A stretch of 35,418 nucleotides of DNA. It comes from Methanoregulaceae archaeon. GTDB lineage: Archaea > Halobacteriota > Methanomicrobia > Methanomicrobiales > Methanospirillaceae. The notes beneath the pieces were generated by a model. That model was not told the DNA's origin, ran no database searches, and was given only the letters and a program-made list of their open reading frames with translations. The stretch is taken from NCBI GenBank assembly GCA_035505975.1, contig DATJQJ010000021.1:1-35418 (forward strand). Direction: 5' to 3'. Position numbers and translations under genes: made by a program. Below, piece after piece: positions 16,299 to 26,089 of the stretch. The first letter of the stretch is position 1. Each line of letters starts with the position of its first letter.

Positions 16299-17744
16299 TT
16301 ATTCTGCTGCCGGTTTCTCCCTGAGCCTGATCTGAAGGATGCTGTGCCGCCGGCTGTAGAGGAAGTAGACGAGAAGCCCGACAATCAGCCAGATAACGAA
16401 CCTTAAATGGGTAATGAACGGCAGGACATAGATGAGGCCCGCACAGGAAACGATGCACAGGAGGGGCAGGTACGGGACGAACGGGCACCTGAACGGGCGG
16501 GGGATGTCAGGCCGGGTATATCGGAGCGCGATCACCCCCGCACTGACGATGATGAAAGCCGCGAGCGTCCCGACATTCACGAGTTCGGCGATGTCCTGGA
16601 GAGGGAGGAACCCTGCGAGGGTCGCGGTCACTATCCCGACGAAGATGGTGACCCTGAACGGCGTCCTGAATCTCGGGTGAACTTTTTTAAAGACAGGTGG
16701 CAATAGGCCGTCACGCGACATGGCGAAGAAAATCCGGGACTGTCCAAAGAGCAGCACAATCATTACCGAGGTTATGCCGAGCAATGCACCCACCGATACC
16801 AGGGCGGCACCCCACTGGATCCCGATCTCGACCAGGGCGTACGCCACGGGTGCCGGGGTATCAAGTGTCGTATACGACACGATCCCGGTCAGGACTGCTG
16901 CAACGGCGACATAGAGAAGGGTACAGATAAGGAGCGATCCGAGGATTCCGATCGGAAGGTCACGCTGGGGGTTTTTGACCTCCTCACCGGCCGTCGAGAC
17001 GGCGTCGAACCCGATGTAGGCGAAAAAAACGATGGCCGCACCGGTAATAACCCCGCTCCATCCAAAAGGCGTGAAGTTAGCCCAGTTGACCGGGTTGATA
17101 TGGGAAAAACCAAGGTACAGGAAGAGCAGGACGATGCCGACCTTGATGGCGACGATCACATTGTTTATCCGTGCACTTTCTTTCACCCCGATGACCAGGA
17201 GGACCGTGATCAGGGCGATGATGACCATCGCAGGCAGGTTAACCACACCCCCGTTAAATCCCGGTGGATTGACGAGCGATTGCGGCAGCGAGACACCGAG
17301 GTCTGAGAGGAGGTTCGTGACGTACCCCGACCAGCCGATCGCAACTGCGGATACCGAAACTGAATATTCAAGGATCAGGTCCCATCCAATAATCCAGGCA
17401 AAAATCTCTCCGAGGGAGGCGTAACTGTAACTGTACGCGCTCCCTGCAATCGGGACCATCGTAGCAAACTCTGAATAGCTCAGTGCTGCGAACAGGCAGA
17501 CTATTCCAGCGATAATAAACGATACAACGAGGGCCGGGCCGGCGAATTCGGCGGCGGCTATCCCGGTGATTACGAAAATCCCTGTTCCGATGACTGCTCC
17601 TATCCCGAAAAAAATCAGTTCCACAGGGCCGAGGACGCGCCGCAGCTGGTGTTCCCCTGCACAGCAGTCCAACAGGTCGTTTATGGACTTTGTCTGGAAT
17701 ATCGGCCGGTAGGACTGTAAAAATTTTCTCATCCTTTCAGACAT
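16299..17744 (-). CDS. APC-superfamily amino acid permease.
   Basis: It has about 12 predicted transmembrane helices. 'FFGIGAVIGTGIFVITGIAAAEFAGPALVVSFIIAGIVCLFAALSYSEFATMVPIAGSAYSYSY' is the APC signature region. Confidence 0.85.
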   Translation of the reverse strand: MSERMRKFLQSYRPIFQTKSINDLLDCCAGEHQLRRVLGPVELIFFGIGAVIGTGIFVITGIAAAEFAGPALVVSFIIAGIVCLFAALSYSEFATMVPIAGSAYSYSYASLGEIFAWIIGWDLILEYSVSVSAVAIGWSGYVTNLLSDLGVSLPQSLVNPPGFNGGVVNLPAMVIIALITVLLVIGVKESARINNVIVAIKVGIVLLFLYLGFSHINPVNWANFTPFGWSGVITGAAIVFFAYIGFDAVSTAGEEVKNPQRDLPIGILGSLLICTLLYVAVAAVLTGIVSYTTLDTPAPVAYALVEIGIQWGAALVSVGALLGITSVMIVLLFGQSRIFFAMSRDGLLPPVFKKVHPRFRTPFRVTIFVGIVTATLAGFLPLQDIAELVNVGTLAAFIIVSAGVIALRYTRPDIPRPFRCPFVPYLPLLCIVSCAGLIYVLPFITHLRFVIWLIVGLLVYFLYSRRHSILQIRLREKPAAE

Positions 17745-17917
17745 TCAAATATCCATCTCATCCATTCCAGCCAGGCTGTTGTTTGTTATGTCGTTCTTTA
17801 TGACTTTTTTTTAAAATGATACCCGGGAATATGGATCCATGAGCTGGACCAATGCGCAGTCAGGCCGCCGCCGTCTGTGCCCTTTCCCCGCAGGCCGTAC
17901 AGGCTAGAACGACCGGG

Positions 17918-18520
17918 TTACTTGTCTTTCCTGAAATACTTCATAATGTCCCTGTTGCTCATAAAATATTTCGATTTCTTTTCAGGGAAGACACCTTCGG
18001 TCACTGTTTTTACCTCCTCGATCGAATAAAATGCATCGGGCTGGAATCTCCTGATGACCCCGACGACTTCTCCAAGGTCCTCTCGTCTGATGACCGTGAA
18101 AAGAATAGTCACGGGCCCTGTAGACCCTGCTGCATCCATGGATGTGACACCGTAACCACCGGACCTCAGGTACTCGAGCAGATCTTTCGCCGGCTTATTG
18201 GTAATGACCCTGACGATCACGTTGCCAAGTGACAAACGTTCCTCGATCCTCATACCAATGTACGTCCCTGTTGCAAATCCCGCACCGTAAGCGATATATG
18301 ATGCGGCATCGGTGATATTGCTCATCACCTGGCCGATGGCGAGGAGCCAGATGATCACCTCGAAAAAACCGATAAAGGGGGCAATATTCCGATAACCTTT
18401 CGAGATGAAAATAACCCTGATCGTTCCGAGACTGACGTCGCAGACCCTGGCGGAGAAGATGAACAGCGGCAGGAGAATATACGTAAAAAACGGGGTATTA
18501 CTTACGAATGCCTCGATCAT
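17918..18520 (-). CDS. UPF0316/DUF2179-family membrane protein.
   Basis: The N-terminal membrane segment 'ARVCDVSLGTIRVIFISKGYRNIAPFIGFFEVIIWLLAIGQVMSNI' and the C-terminal 'GYGVTSMDAAGSTGPVTILFTVIRREDL' match the UPF0316 layout. Confidence 0.7.
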   Translation of the reverse strand: MIEAFVSNTPFFTYILLPLFIFSARVCDVSLGTIRVIFISKGYRNIAPFIGFFEVIIWLLAIGQVMSNITDAASYIAYGAGFATGTYIGMRIEERLSLGNVIVRVITNKPAKDLLEYLRSGGYGVTSMDAAGSTGPVTILFTVIRREDLGEVVGVIRRFQPDAFYSIEEVKTVTEGVFPEKKSKYFMSNRDIMKYFRKDK

Positions 18521-18684
18521 CCGAACATCACCGGATACACAGTCTGATCAGATCATGTGCCTGCGTCTGCAATTATGGTTCCGTTACCCATAGGTTTTCA
18601 CGACCATCAGGACATCCATAAGATCTTGTCGTGCAGGTACCGGTGCGGAAGAAGATTGTGTTCTTTTCTCCGCACCTGAAGATA

Positions 18685-19932
18685 TTATACCCAGCCGCGG
18701 AGTTTCATCGCTTTCACGACACGGCTCACGGCAATGGTGTATGCAGCCTGGCGGATCGTGACGTTGTGGTCATTTGCGAGTTTCCTCACGTCATGGTAAC
18801 ATGACACCATCTTTGTTTCGAGTCTCCGGTGGATCTCTTTTGCGTCCCAATGGTCGATATTGAAGTTCTGGACCATCTCGTAGTACGAAACGACAACACC
18901 CCCGGCATTGCAAAGAAAATCAGGAATAACCGGTATTTGATGCTGGAAAAGGATTCTCTCGGCATCCTTCGTCATGGGCCCGTTTGCAAACTCCGCAATC
19001 ATTTTTGCACGGATGCGACCGGCGTTGTTCGTGGTGATGACGTTTTCAAGGGCTGCCGGAATGAGGATATCGGTCTCGAGCTCCAGGAGTTCAGCATTGG
19101 TTATCTCTGCAGAACCTGGAAATCCTTTCAGGGAGCCTGTCGTTTCCTTGTATCTCATCACATCACCGATTGAAAGCCCATCCCTGTTCAATATCCCGCC
19201 CTGGCTGTCGCTGACGGCAATAACGCGGACACCATACTCCTGGCTGCCGATCAGGGCGGCATTCCCCCCGACATTGCCGAACCCCTGGATGACAACGGAT
19301 GCATCCTTAAGTGGCACTCCGAAATCTTTCGATGCCTCTGAGACCACGTACCATCCGCCCCGGGCCGTCGCATCGTCCCGGCCTTCGGATCCGCCAAGGC
19401 TGACGGGTTTCCCAGTAATGACGCCAAAGGTCGTCTTCCCTGCTATCCTCGAGTATTCGTCCATCATCCATGCCATGATCTGCTGGTTTGTATAGACATC
19501 GGGGGCGAGAACGTCCTTGTCAGGCCCGATAAACTGATGAATCGCCTGTATATACGATCTGCTCAGCCGTTCCAGTTCTCCCTTCGACATTTCCTTCGGG
19601 TTGCATACCACACCACCCTTCGCCCCGCCGAGAGGCAGGTTATGTATCGCACATTTCCACGTCATCAGGCTCGCAAGCCCGCGGATGGTATCGATGGTCT
19701 CATCAGGGTGAAACCGGACGCCCCCTTTTGTCGGACCCAGCGCGTCGTTATAATGAACGCGGAAGCCGGGGAAAACGTTAAGGCGACCGTTATCCATCCT
19801 GACCGGCACCGAGACGTGAAGTTCCCTTACCGGTAATTTGAGACTTGTTTCAATATCGGGGGTCAGGTCCAGGTCTGAAGAACAGGTACATATGTGTTCT
19901 TTCACCATCTCGAAGAGGTTTGGTTCGTTCAT
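18685..19932 (-). CDS. gdhA: Glutamate dehydrogenase (Glu/Leu/Phe/Val dehydrogenase family).
   Basis: It has the catalytic motif 'PLGGAKGGVVCNPKEMS' and the dinucleotide-binding 'IQGFGNVGGNAALI'. The ATG at 19932 (MNEPNLFEMVKEH) is 16 nt after the korB stop. Confidence 0.9.
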   Translation of the reverse strand: MNEPNLFEMVKEHICTCSSDLDLTPDIETSLKLPVRELHVSVPVRMDNGRLNVFPGFRVHYNDALGPTKGGVRFHPDETIDTIRGLASLMTWKCAIHNLPLGGAKGGVVCNPKEMSKGELERLSRSYIQAIHQFIGPDKDVLAPDVYTNQQIMAWMMDEYSRIAGKTTFGVITGKPVSLGGSEGRDDATARGGWYVVSEASKDFGVPLKDASVVIQGFGNVGGNAALIGSQEYGVRVIAVSDSQGGILNRDGLSIGDVMRYKETTGSLKGFPGSAEITNAELLELETDILIPAALENVITTNNAGRIRAKMIAEFANGPMTKDAERILFQHQIPVIPDFLCNAGGVVVSYYEMVQNFNIDHWDAKEIHRRLETKMVSCYHDVRKLANDHNVTIRQAAYTIAVSRVVKAMKLRGWV

Positions 19933-19948
19933 GGTTGTATTCCGTGTT

Positions 19949-20800
19949 TCAGGTCTTTTCATCAAGTATCCTGCGAATTGCGTCCATTTTATCGGGTACA
20001 TGGCCATGACGTGTCAGGATCCGTTCTTCGAATGTCGGAGCTGACTTTTGGAAGAAGATGCCGAGGCCGATCCCCGAGTCAGTGTTGTAATCCCATTCCC
20101 GGGCTTTTTCGCATGCATCGTTGAAATTCGAAGTATCATGGTCCCCGAGTTCGTATACATGGGAATTATAGTAATCGGTCATGTTGTTGTACGTCGCACA
20201 TATCTGGAGGACATCGACGAATGAAAATCCGTGGTGGGCGACTGCGTCCGAAACCAGCATCTTCAGCTGGTCCGGCCTTCTGGTATACCCCCGGGCGATG
20301 AACGTAGCCCCGCTCGAAAGCATGATCTCCAGGGGATTGAAGGGAAGTTCAACAGTCCCGGCGGGCGTCGATTTCCCCCTGAAACCCAGGGGGGAGGTTG
20401 GTGTATACTGCCCTGTCGTCAGGCCATAGACACGGTTGTTGTGAACGAGGACGGTAATGCCGATATTCCGTTTCGCTGCAAATATCAGGTGATCGAGTCC
20501 TTCTGCATAACAGTCGCCATCGCCTGCACAGCATATGACCTCAAGATCAGGGTTTGCAAGCTTGATCCCGGTTGCAGCAGGGATTGTCCGCCCATGGAGA
20601 GAGTAAAAACTGTTGATGTTTAAGTAGTCTGCCATCTTCGCATGGCACCCGATTCCCGTGACAAGGACCACATCGTCAAGCGATCGCCCCTCCTTTTTGA
20701 GTCCTTCGAGCAGGGCCTTTAAGGTAAACTGGAGGGAGAAGTTACCGCATCCCGGACACCAGGTATTCTGTGCCGGCGTGATCAGGTTCCCTTCTGTCAT
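19949..20800 (-). CDS. 2-oxoacid:ferredoxin oxidoreductase, β (TPP-binding) subunit.
   Basis: 'WCPGCGNFS', 'GIGCH' and 'VICCAGDGDCYAEGLDHLIFAAKRNIGITVLVHNNRVYGLTTGQ' form the TPP-binding fold of OFOR β subunits. It overlaps the α gene by 4 nt. Confidence 0.85.
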   Translation of the reverse strand: MTEGNLITPAQNTWCPGCGNFSLQFTLKALLEGLKKEGRSLDDVVLVTGIGCHAKMADYLNINSFYSLHGRTIPAATGIKLANPDLEVICCAGDGDCYAEGLDHLIFAAKRNIGITVLVHNNRVYGLTTGQYTPTSPLGFRGKSTPAGTVELPFNPLEIMLSSGATFIARGYTRRPDQLKMLVSDAVAHHGFSFVDVLQICATYNNMTDYYNSHVYELGDHDTSNFNDACEKAREWDYNTDSGIGLGIFFQKSAPTFEERILTRHGHVPDKMDAIRRILDEKT

Positions 20801-22452
20801 GGCACCACCTCCCGCACCTTCCCTGTCAGTTCCTCAACCGTGAACGGCCGGCCGTCGTATTTCAGGACTTGTGAACCGACGGAAAATCCATGAGCAGACA
20901 GGAGCCCTGCAAGTTGTCCCTCTGAATTATCCTCGACGGTGATCACCCTGGTCACTCCGGAAAGGGCCCCTTCCATCTGGCGTTTTGGGAACGGCGAAAG
21001 AACGAGCGGCCTGACAAGACGGAGACCTAATGGTCCGGCTACCTCAGATGCCACCCCTTTGTTCGAGCCCCATGCCACGAGGGCGGTCCGGCCTGCCGTG
21101 TTCCCGGAAACGGCAACCTGTACCATCCGGTCGAGTTCTGCCGCCAGTTCATATCTCTTCCTCATCCGTTTCCCGGCCATCAGGGTGGTCATCCCGGCGT
21201 CTTCTGTCGTCACACCAGATTCGTCGTGGGTATAACTGTTCACTTTGACGACGGTGTCCTGCGATCCCGGGTACAGGACAGGGGATATCCCGTCCGGGGT
21301 GTTACGATATCTCCCATAGTCCGGGCCCGGGATGGCTTGCGTGAACCCGGGCTCTGCGCTGTAACCGGCAATTTCGGAATCGTCGAAACAATACGTCCCT
21401 TCGCAGAGTGTTTTATCGACGAGGATGATTGCCGGTACCTGGTATTTCCAGGCGATCTTTACCGCTGCTGAAGACCATTCGTATGCCTCTTCGGCATCCC
21501 CGGGTGCAACGACCAGGCGTGGGAACTCTCCCTGCCCGGCATGGCAGGCAAAATACAACTCTGTCTGCCCGGTATAAGTCGGAAGACCGGTGCTCGGCCC
21601 TGTCCTCTGGCCAAGCACGATAACAACGGGTATTTCCGCCTGTCCCGAAAACGAGACCCCTTCGGTCATGAGGCAGAACCCTCCGCCCGAGGTACCGACG
21701 GCCGTTTTCCTGCCGGCATAGGCAAACCCGAGCGCCATAATAATAACACTAATCTCGTTCTCGGGGTGCACGACGGTCATCGGATAGACCTGTGACTGCT
21801 CGGCCAGGAAGTGAAGGAGATTCGATGTCGGGGTCATCGGATACGCCACGTAAGCCTCAAGGCCGCCATCTATAAGGCCGAGGCCGATCGCTTCGTTACC
21901 GGTAACCAGCGGAAGCGGAGGATTGCCGATCCTGGGTATTGTGACCTTTTCTCCTGCTGCATCAAAAGCCCTCCTCGCCACGGCCAGGTTCTTTGCCGTA
22001 CCTTTCGGCAGGTGCCGCGTGAAGACTTCTTCCACGACATTCCAGGGAATACCGGCCGTTTTTGCAAACGCGCCGATGATTGCAGAATTTCCCATGATCG
22101 GGGGTGCAGATTCTGCCAGGAGGATCTCGTTTACCCGGACACCGGTCCCCTCGCTCCTGACATTATCGGCATGGTATACAGTCACAGTCCCGGGGTGGGC
22201 GAGCCCCTTGTGATACCTGACCGTATCGTTATTGAGTGCGAGGATGAAATCGACCCGGTCACGATGGGCCCCGGTTTTTCCAGGGGTCGCCCGTACGATC
22301 GCAAAGTTATGACCGCCTTTGATCAGCGAGGGATAATCAAAATACATGTAGACCCGATAGCCCACGTGGTTCAGGAGATGCGCAATAACAAGGCCCGCAC
22401 TATTGATCCCGTCGCCTGCTTTTCCTCCGATGAGCACTGAGAAATCTTCCAT
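20797..22452 (-). CDS. 2-oxoacid:ferredoxin oxidoreductase, fused γ-α subunit (two-subunit-type OFOR).
   Basis: The N-terminus 'MEDFSVLIGGKAGDGINSAGLVIA' is a γ-domain. It is followed by an α-domain ('AYPMTPTSNLLHFLA', 'GGGFCLMTEGVSFSGQAEIPVVIV'). At ~551 aa it fits the fused two-subunit architecture. The ATG is at 22452; the track's earlier start is GTG. Confidence 0.85.
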   Translation of the reverse strand: MEDFSVLIGGKAGDGINSAGLVIAHLLNHVGYRVYMYFDYPSLIKGGHNFAIVRATPGKTGAHRDRVDFILALNNDTVRYHKGLAHPGTVTVYHADNVRSEGTGVRVNEILLAESAPPIMGNSAIIGAFAKTAGIPWNVVEEVFTRHLPKGTAKNLAVARRAFDAAGEKVTIPRIGNPPLPLVTGNEAIGLGLIDGGLEAYVAYPMTPTSNLLHFLAEQSQVYPMTVVHPENEISVIIMALGFAYAGRKTAVGTSGGGFCLMTEGVSFSGQAEIPVVIVLGQRTGPSTGLPTYTGQTELYFACHAGQGEFPRLVVAPGDAEEAYEWSSAAVKIAWKYQVPAIILVDKTLCEGTYCFDDSEIAGYSAEPGFTQAIPGPDYGRYRNTPDGISPVLYPGSQDTVVKVNSYTHDESGVTTEDAGMTTLMAGKRMRKRYELAAELDRMVQVAVSGNTAGRTALVAWGSNKGVASEVAGPLGLRLVRPLVLSPFPKRQMEGALSGVTRVITVEDNSEGQLAGLLSAHGFSVGSQVLKYDGRPFTVEELTGKVREVVP

Positions 22453-22619
22453 ACCTAATTGCCCCGATATCACGATGATAACCCGTAACGATTAAATAAG
22501 TTCCTCTGATCGGGCGAAAAAAAACCTGCTGAACACGTCATCCGATTCTTTATCCTGAAGATGTCAGAATTAAAAAAAATACCTGATACCGTCAAGCATG
22601 CACGATTCCTGTCGTTGAG

Positions 22620-23120
22620 TTATAAATTCCTGATAAGCGATGGCAGTACGTCGTCAAGCTTTGCTTTTATCGGCATCGGGTTATGGACCGCATTGATGGC
22701 AATTTTTTCTGCAGGGAACCCGATTAAATTGCTGATTTCCGTGTAATGCTCCCCGAAGATGATCACGACCATGGCGGCCGAGGAAAGAGCCTGAATAGTT
22801 GCCGCGTACGTGACTCCCGCGTCGTTATGGATGAATGCGAAACAGTACCTGAAGTCACGCTTCTTCTCTGCCAGTTCTGCGATACAGCGGTCGATATCGA
22901 TTACTTCCCCGATATAATGCCGGTCAGGATCGGACACTTCGATGTTCGTCCTCGCCGCCCGGTTGCCGGCCACCACAGATATTACCCCGAGCTTGCGCAG
23001 TTTGTTGATCAGGTACAACGCAGAACCCGTCTGGACCGGGACCTGAGGGCAGCCGAGAAGGACCAGGGCTGCAGGGTTCCCGCTAATACGTGTATCTGTC
23101 ACTTCGTTCACTCCTGACAT
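22620..23120 (-). CDS. Conserved hypothetical protein, possibly the methanogen DUF1890 family.
   Basis: A 166-aa ORF with 'ALVLLGCPQVPVQTGSALYLINKLRKLGV'. The family name is recalled from memory only. Confidence 0.45.
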   Translation of the reverse strand: MSGVNEVTDTRISGNPAALVLLGCPQVPVQTGSALYLINKLRKLGVISVVAGNRAARTNIEVSDPDRHYIGEVIDIDRCIAELAEKKRDFRYCFAFIHNDAGVTYAATIQALSSAAMVVIIFGEHYTEISNLIGFPAEKIAINAVHNPMPIKAKLDDVLPSLIRNL

Positions 23121-23194
23121 TGGTAACGGTTTCCTGTTATTTCAAAGGTTGTATGATCCCCGATCGCCGGCATTGGAATACCCCGGGCCGGATC

Positions 23195-23548
23195 TCAGGG
23201 GGGGCCGGTCCTTGTCTCCTCCTCGATCCATGCAAGGTAGGGTGGAAAACCCCCGATAACCGGGAGCACGATCATCTCCGGCAGTTCGTAGGTATGGAGT
23301 TCCCGGATTTTATTCAGGACTGCTGTTTTTCTCGATTCCATCGTCTTGATGACCATGAGGACTTCGACGTCATCTGAAAATGTTCCCTGCCAGTAGTAAA
23401 ACGACCTGACCTCCATCATGTTCACGCACGCGACCATGTGGTCGTCGAGAAGTGTCCGGGCGATGACCACGGCATTCTCACGGGACGCTGTGGACAATAG
23501 CACGATCGGGTTGTTTACCGTTTCCTTCATCCCTGCCATAGGATTCAT
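23195..23548 (-). CDS. cutA: Divalent-cation tolerance protein CutA.
   Basis: 'IVLLSTASRENAVVIARTLLDDHMVACVNMMEVRSFYYWQGTFSDDVEVLMVIKTMESRKTAVLNKIRELHTYELPEMIVLPVIGG' matches CutA1 end to end. Confidence 0.8.
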   Translation of the reverse strand: MNPMAGMKETVNNPIVLLSTASRENAVVIARTLLDDHMVACVNMMEVRSFYYWQGTFSDDVEVLMVIKTMESRKTAVLNKIRELHTYELPEMIVLPVIGGFPPYLAWIEEETRTGPP

Positions 23549-23678
23549 TCTGGGAGTCCCGGGTTATCAACTTCACGCCGGTAAGACGATGGTGTTGATG
23601 ATGATTCGGGATCCGGCCGCGGACAGGATTTTCCGGATCCCCGGGGAATGAGTGCTGACGGCTTTCCTGACAACGACT

Positions 23679-24175
23679 TCAAATCCCGTCTGATCCCGGT
23701 TCCGGGTGCAGGGGATAAACAATCAGTCCTTCCTTAACCCCACGTCTGAACCCGGCCTTTTCGTACAGCCTGAATACGGCGGGATCGGTCCGGCCCGTCA
23801 GGAGCATGACCTTGTAGCAGCCTGATTTCCATGCGACATCCAGGACATGGCCAAGAAGTGCCGTGCCATACCCCTGGTTCCGGTATTCCCTGCGTGTCAC
23901 GACATTCTCGATCAAACCGTACCGCCGGGCCCCGCTGTAAGATTGGGAATAATATCGAGGACACACATGGAAACGGGAATTGAGAACCTTTCAAGGATAA
24001 AAAAATGCATCCTGGGATCGTCAAGGATATCCTGCCAGGCTTTTTTCAGCATACCATACCCGGCCGGTTCATCGTTGTCAAAAAGATGAGTATAGAGGAG
24101 CGCAACAGAGTCCAAATCCCCGGGAACCGCTTCCCGTATGAAAATTCCGCCTTTCTGTTTTCCTTCGTTCTCCAT
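23679..24175 (-). pseudogene. GNAT-family N-acetyltransferase with a single-nucleotide frameshift (or a sequencing error) at about 23930-23945.
   Basis: Two overlapping ORFs carry the gene. 23912..24175 ends '...CVLDIIPNLTAGPGGTV*'. 23679..23966 reads '...SGARRYGLIENVVTRREYRNQGYGTALL'. Deleting one base from 'ACAGCGGGGCCCGG' restores 'IPNLTGARRYGLIENVV...YRNQGYG', the GNAT motif A. Confidence 0.6.
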
Positions 24176-24307
24176 GGTTTTCCTTATGGAATTTTATTTT
24201 TTTCCGGATTGGCAGTTGTATTTTGGTGCCTTTTGCATTATTTTCGGTATCCCGTGTATCGTAAGATTGGCGAACTTGGTTTTCTGTTCCCAAAACAGAG
24301 AAATGCT

Positions 24308-25237
24308 TCAGAACACATAGGTCGTCCCGACCGTGTTCAGGATACATCGCCCCGGCATCTCGACCATGAACCTGTTGATCGCTTCCCACCCGGTGCAGTG
24401 CATCGGGACCACGTAATCGGGACTGATCTGCTTCATCCCGTCCACAGTGGGTGGAATCACTTCGGCGAACCCCTGTCCCGCGAGATGGAACCCACCGAGC
24501 ACGGCATGGACATGTTCGATCCCGGTGATCTTCCGCGCGTAGCGGACCGTATTAATGATCCCGGCATGGGCGCAGCCGCTGATAACGACAAGGCCCTTGT
24601 CACTTACGTTTACGATAAGGGCCTGGTCGTCCCTTATCGGATCGGGTGCCCATGAGCCGTCTATACACGCCTCCATCCCCGGCATGCCTTTCTCGAACGC
24701 TGTGGTGCGTTCCACTTCCCCGGTTACCAGGAGGTGGCCTGCAGCGAGAGATGTGGGGCCGCTGTGCCGGAGGATGTCGGCCCCCGCCTTCTTCAGGGTC
24801 ACGGCATCGGGCGAAGGAAGGTCGACCGTCGCCATACGGCCTTTCAGTCGCCTGCGGAGAAATACATCCGGGTGCGCGACGAGCGGGACCTGGTGTCCCG
24901 CCTCACCGAGAAGTCCTGGGAGTCCTCCTGTATGGTCAAAGTGTCCGTGGCTCAGGACCACGGCCTCGATTGTCGTGAGGTCAATTCCAAGCTGCCGGGC
25001 ATTGTACGGCATGCATACAGGCGTCAGACCGGTATCGAACAGGACCGCATGCTCTTTCTTCCCGGAGAAGACCCGGACGAGGCAGGAAAGCCCGTGCTCG
25101 GCAAGCAGGGTCCGTTTCGTTGAGAACGGCAGGCGCCGGTCAACGGGCGTTGCAGGTGCCGTAAACATGTCGGTATAGTTATCGACGAGGACGGTGATCT
25201 CCACGCGGTCCGTATCTTTAAGAGAGATTTCAGTCAT
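24308..25237 (-). CDS. Metallo-β-lactamase-fold hydrolase.
   Basis: 'VLSHGHFDHTGGLPGLL' is the HxHxDH motif. 'CAHAGIIN' and 'VPMHCTG' supply further metal ligands. Confidence 0.8.
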   Translation of the reverse strand: MTEISLKDTDRVEITVLVDNYTDMFTAPATPVDRRLPFSTKRTLLAEHGLSCLVRVFSGKKEHAVLFDTGLTPVCMPYNARQLGIDLTTIEAVVLSHGHFDHTGGLPGLLGEAGHQVPLVAHPDVFLRRRLKGRMATVDLPSPDAVTLKKAGADILRHSGPTSLAAGHLLVTGEVERTTAFEKGMPGMEACIDGSWAPDPIRDDQALIVNVSDKGLVVISGCAHAGIINTVRYARKITGIEHVHAVLGGFHLAGQGFAEVIPPTVDGMKQISPDYVVPMHCTGWEAINRFMVEMPGRCILNTVGTTYVF

Positions 25238-25323
25238 TTACATCATCGTTACCGGTTCAATGGGGGGTTATCTGATATGAAATGCGCATACGAAGGCCCC
25301 GGTCCGGGATTAATTTTATTCTC

Positions 25324-25962
25324 CTAGTCGATCAGCAGGATTGCCATCAGTTCAGGGTGCCCGCTCACGGGGAACCGGATCGACATCCCCGCCCGCTCGG
25401 CAGTCCTGACCATGTTCACGCCGACGGCGTGCTCAGGGATCCTTGCCTGCGTCGGGTGGAGGCAGACACCTCCTTGTACGTTGCAGGTCTCGCAAAGCCG
25501 GCATGAGCCGTTGATGAACGCGAGTGCAAACGGGTTACCTGCATTGAATGCGATACGCTCGAGTTCGAGCATCAGGGGAGCGAATGTTCCCGTCCCGTCG
25601 AAATGTTCCTTCCAGAACTGCGTCGCCTTCTCTTTCTTGTCGGCCGGCGCCCCCGGATCGAGCCAGTATTTGTAGATCGAACAGATCACATCAGGATCGG
25701 CATCTGCAGGAGAGATAAATTTTACAAGAAGCGCATACCGGTATTCGGTGAGGATCTTCCGGAATTCATCGGGAGTCGGGACGTGGGGCGGGCATGTCAG
25801 TTTCTTCCCGTACCCGATGCACCCCGCCCGGCACCTGAGAGGGACACGGTTTTCAACGACAATATCTGATGCGGTAATAATCTTCGCACCGGATGCCCCA
25901 AGCGTTCGGGCGGCATCGGCGAGGAATTCGAATGATTCCGGGTTTTTCATATCGTTATTCAT
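25324..25962 (-). CDS. DUF2284-like predicted metal-binding protein.
   Basis: It carries Cys motifs 'CRAGCIGYGKKLTCPPH' and 'CRLCETC...GGVC'. The family is recalled by resemblance only. Confidence 0.5.
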   Translation of the reverse strand: MNNDMKNPESFEFLADAARTLGASGAKIITASDIVVENRVPLRCRAGCIGYGKKLTCPPHVPTPDEFRKILTEYRYALLVKFISPADADPDVICSIYKYWLDPGAPADKKEKATQFWKEHFDGTGTFAPLMLELERIAFNAGNPFALAFINGSCRLCETCNVQGGVCLHPTQARIPEHAVGVNMVRTAERAGMSIRFPVSGHPELMAILLID

Positions 25963-26089
25963 GCGAACTATTCATATATCGATGACATCGGATATCCATA
26001 TTTTCCAGTCCGCAGCAATAGTCTGTATCGGCTTCATTCGCGGCGGATCATTGATCCATTGATAATGCTTCAGGTCGACCTATGAGTAC

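Noticed and set aside
16407-17424. Several +-strand ORFs (64-130 aa) antisense to the permease gene
   Set aside because: The sense strand encodes a 12-transmembrane-helix APC transporter. The antisense ORFs are Arg/Asp/Glu-rich artefacts.
21811-22440. 209-aa +-strand ORF inside korA
   Set aside because: It is antisense to a well-supported OFOR α gene and has no motifs.
24555-25178. Several +-strand ORFs (110-207 aa) antisense to the MBL hydrolase gene
   Set aside because: They are GC-frame artefacts with Arg/Pro-rich translations.
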